64,000 nucleotides of DNA from Octopus sinensis. Taxonomy: Eukaryota. Below, piece after piece: positions 62,531 through 64,000 of the stretch. Location of the stretch: assembly GCF_006345805.1 (NCBI RefSeq), contig NC_043006.1:54498001-54562000 (forward strand), in the 5' to 3' direction. The notes beneath the pieces are model-generated. The model searched no databases. It worked only from the letters and a program-made list of their open reading frames with translations, and was not told the origin of the DNA. Each line of letters begins with the position of its first letter. The first letter of the stretch is position 1. The position numbers and the translations under genes are program-made.

Positions 62531-64000
62531 GTCTATATCAAATATTTACAAAATTTCTCAAGTCTCCAAATTGGGAGACTTGAGAAATTAAAAATTAAAA
62601 AGAGACATGTTGGATGACAGGTTCCTGAATTCCAGGTACAAAGAAAAAGACAGGATGGTCATAGATGGAATACTTTTGAACAGGGATTCGCTTGATCAGA
62701 GTTGATCACGTGTTAAAAAGATTAACTAGGACTTAGAATGTAAAGCACATAAAAAAATACAAGTCTCTATGCTGCATCTCGTCTTGCTAGAAACAGCAAC
62801 TAAATCTCCCAAACGTCATTAACAGAGGACACATAGGACAAAGTCTAAATATACAAAAAGACGAGGTTTAACAGGTGGAAAGATTTTCATTATTGTTCAG
62901 CTCGATCAAGTTGACCTAGGGCTAAACAAGTATAGAGCACTATAGAATCTTTACACTGAATAATTAATAATTATAAAGCTATGTTAAGAGACAATAAATA
63001 TTTGAAAGAGGTTTCATTGACAAATATGATCAGAATAAAAGTATAATTGAGGATTACTGCCCTTTATTTCTCGCTTTCCTCAGTATAATGCATTGTGCAT
63101 ATTACATTCAGTAGCTGCTGTTTGTAACAAGTTAGTTTTTAATTGAGCAGACTTAATGTCAAAGGCATTCGAGTCGTGACACTTTACATCTTTTTTTTAA
63201 AGACGATATTGTATTTTAAGCGAGATTTCCCTGCTATTTCTAGCAGGTCGAATATCTAAGTAGTCTCTCTCACATCTAGTGCTATATCTAAGTATACAAA
63301 AAAAAAAAAAAAATTCGCTTCTATCACAAATCGAAACCGCCATCCCACATTTCGCTTGCTTGAAAATTACGTGTAGTGTGATGACACGCGTAATTCTTGT
63401 CTGTTTTCTGCTTTATTTACAAACCACAAAAATTATATGTATTTTTATTACTGGAACACGAATACGACAGCAACGCACACAAAAAGGGAGAAAATGCTTC
63501 ATAATATAGAAAATAATTAATTATAAATGGTGCACGTAAGTTGTATAAAAGACGAGAAGTCGAGCTCAGTCGGTGAAATATGTAGTATTCATTCACTGAA
63601 ATTATAACGGTAAAAATATTTTACTCGTTCAGGCACAAGGCGTAAAGGTAGCTTCATTCGAGTGCAACAAATAAAGGACAATAAATGGAATTTGTAAAAT
63701 TCCCACAAAACTTGGGGGTAGTAGAGGTGCATTCAAATGAAACCGTTTTACTGGCTACTCTACTGCTGTTTCATATAGATTTATACGCGTAGGTTGCTGC
63801 TGTTTCAAATGTATTGTTCTGTTTAAGTAGAAGCAGCAGCGTTTTGTTTATTTTTCATTCGGGGCTTACGTTTAAACATGCAGAGATTTTATTAAATAAA
63901 AATATTTAGCCAGCTAATAGGTGATTATTTATGCGTTTGTAAAAGAATAAAAAAGAAGCAAAATCAAAACTAAAAATTATTTAGAACATAAACTTTCGTT

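Overview
AT-rich, repeat-dense eukaryotic genomic DNA. The SINE, RTE and Penelope repeat content points to an octopod cephalopod (inference). The only recognisable host coding sequence is at the left end: two plus-strand exons (807-924 and 3166-3234/3254) that splice in frame to a C-terminal C2H2 zinc finger resembling tRNA dimethylallyltransferase (TRIT1/Mod5). The rest is mostly transposon debris. It includes three tRNA-derived SINE families, several truncated RTE LINEs, a near full-length but frameshifted mariner, and Chapaev-like, Ty3/gypsy, Tigger and Tc1-like fragments. It also has an internally deleted Helitron, several MITE types with target-site duplications, and long (TA)n/(GA)n tracts. 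The most interesting layer is not visible in the ORF track: type I hammerhead ribozyme (HHR) motifs from four unrelated sequence families lie between 34.6 and 55.5 kb. They are tied to Penelope-like ends or to fold-back palindromes. One has a compensatory G3:C8 core and is split by the Helitron exactly in stem III. One sits in a perfect 338-bp palindrome. One lies in a ~362-nt retrozyme-like unit arranged as a double fold-back. A fold-back element with two divergent tRNA-like arms lies next to these. All folds and alignments were read by eye; no database search or folding program was run.
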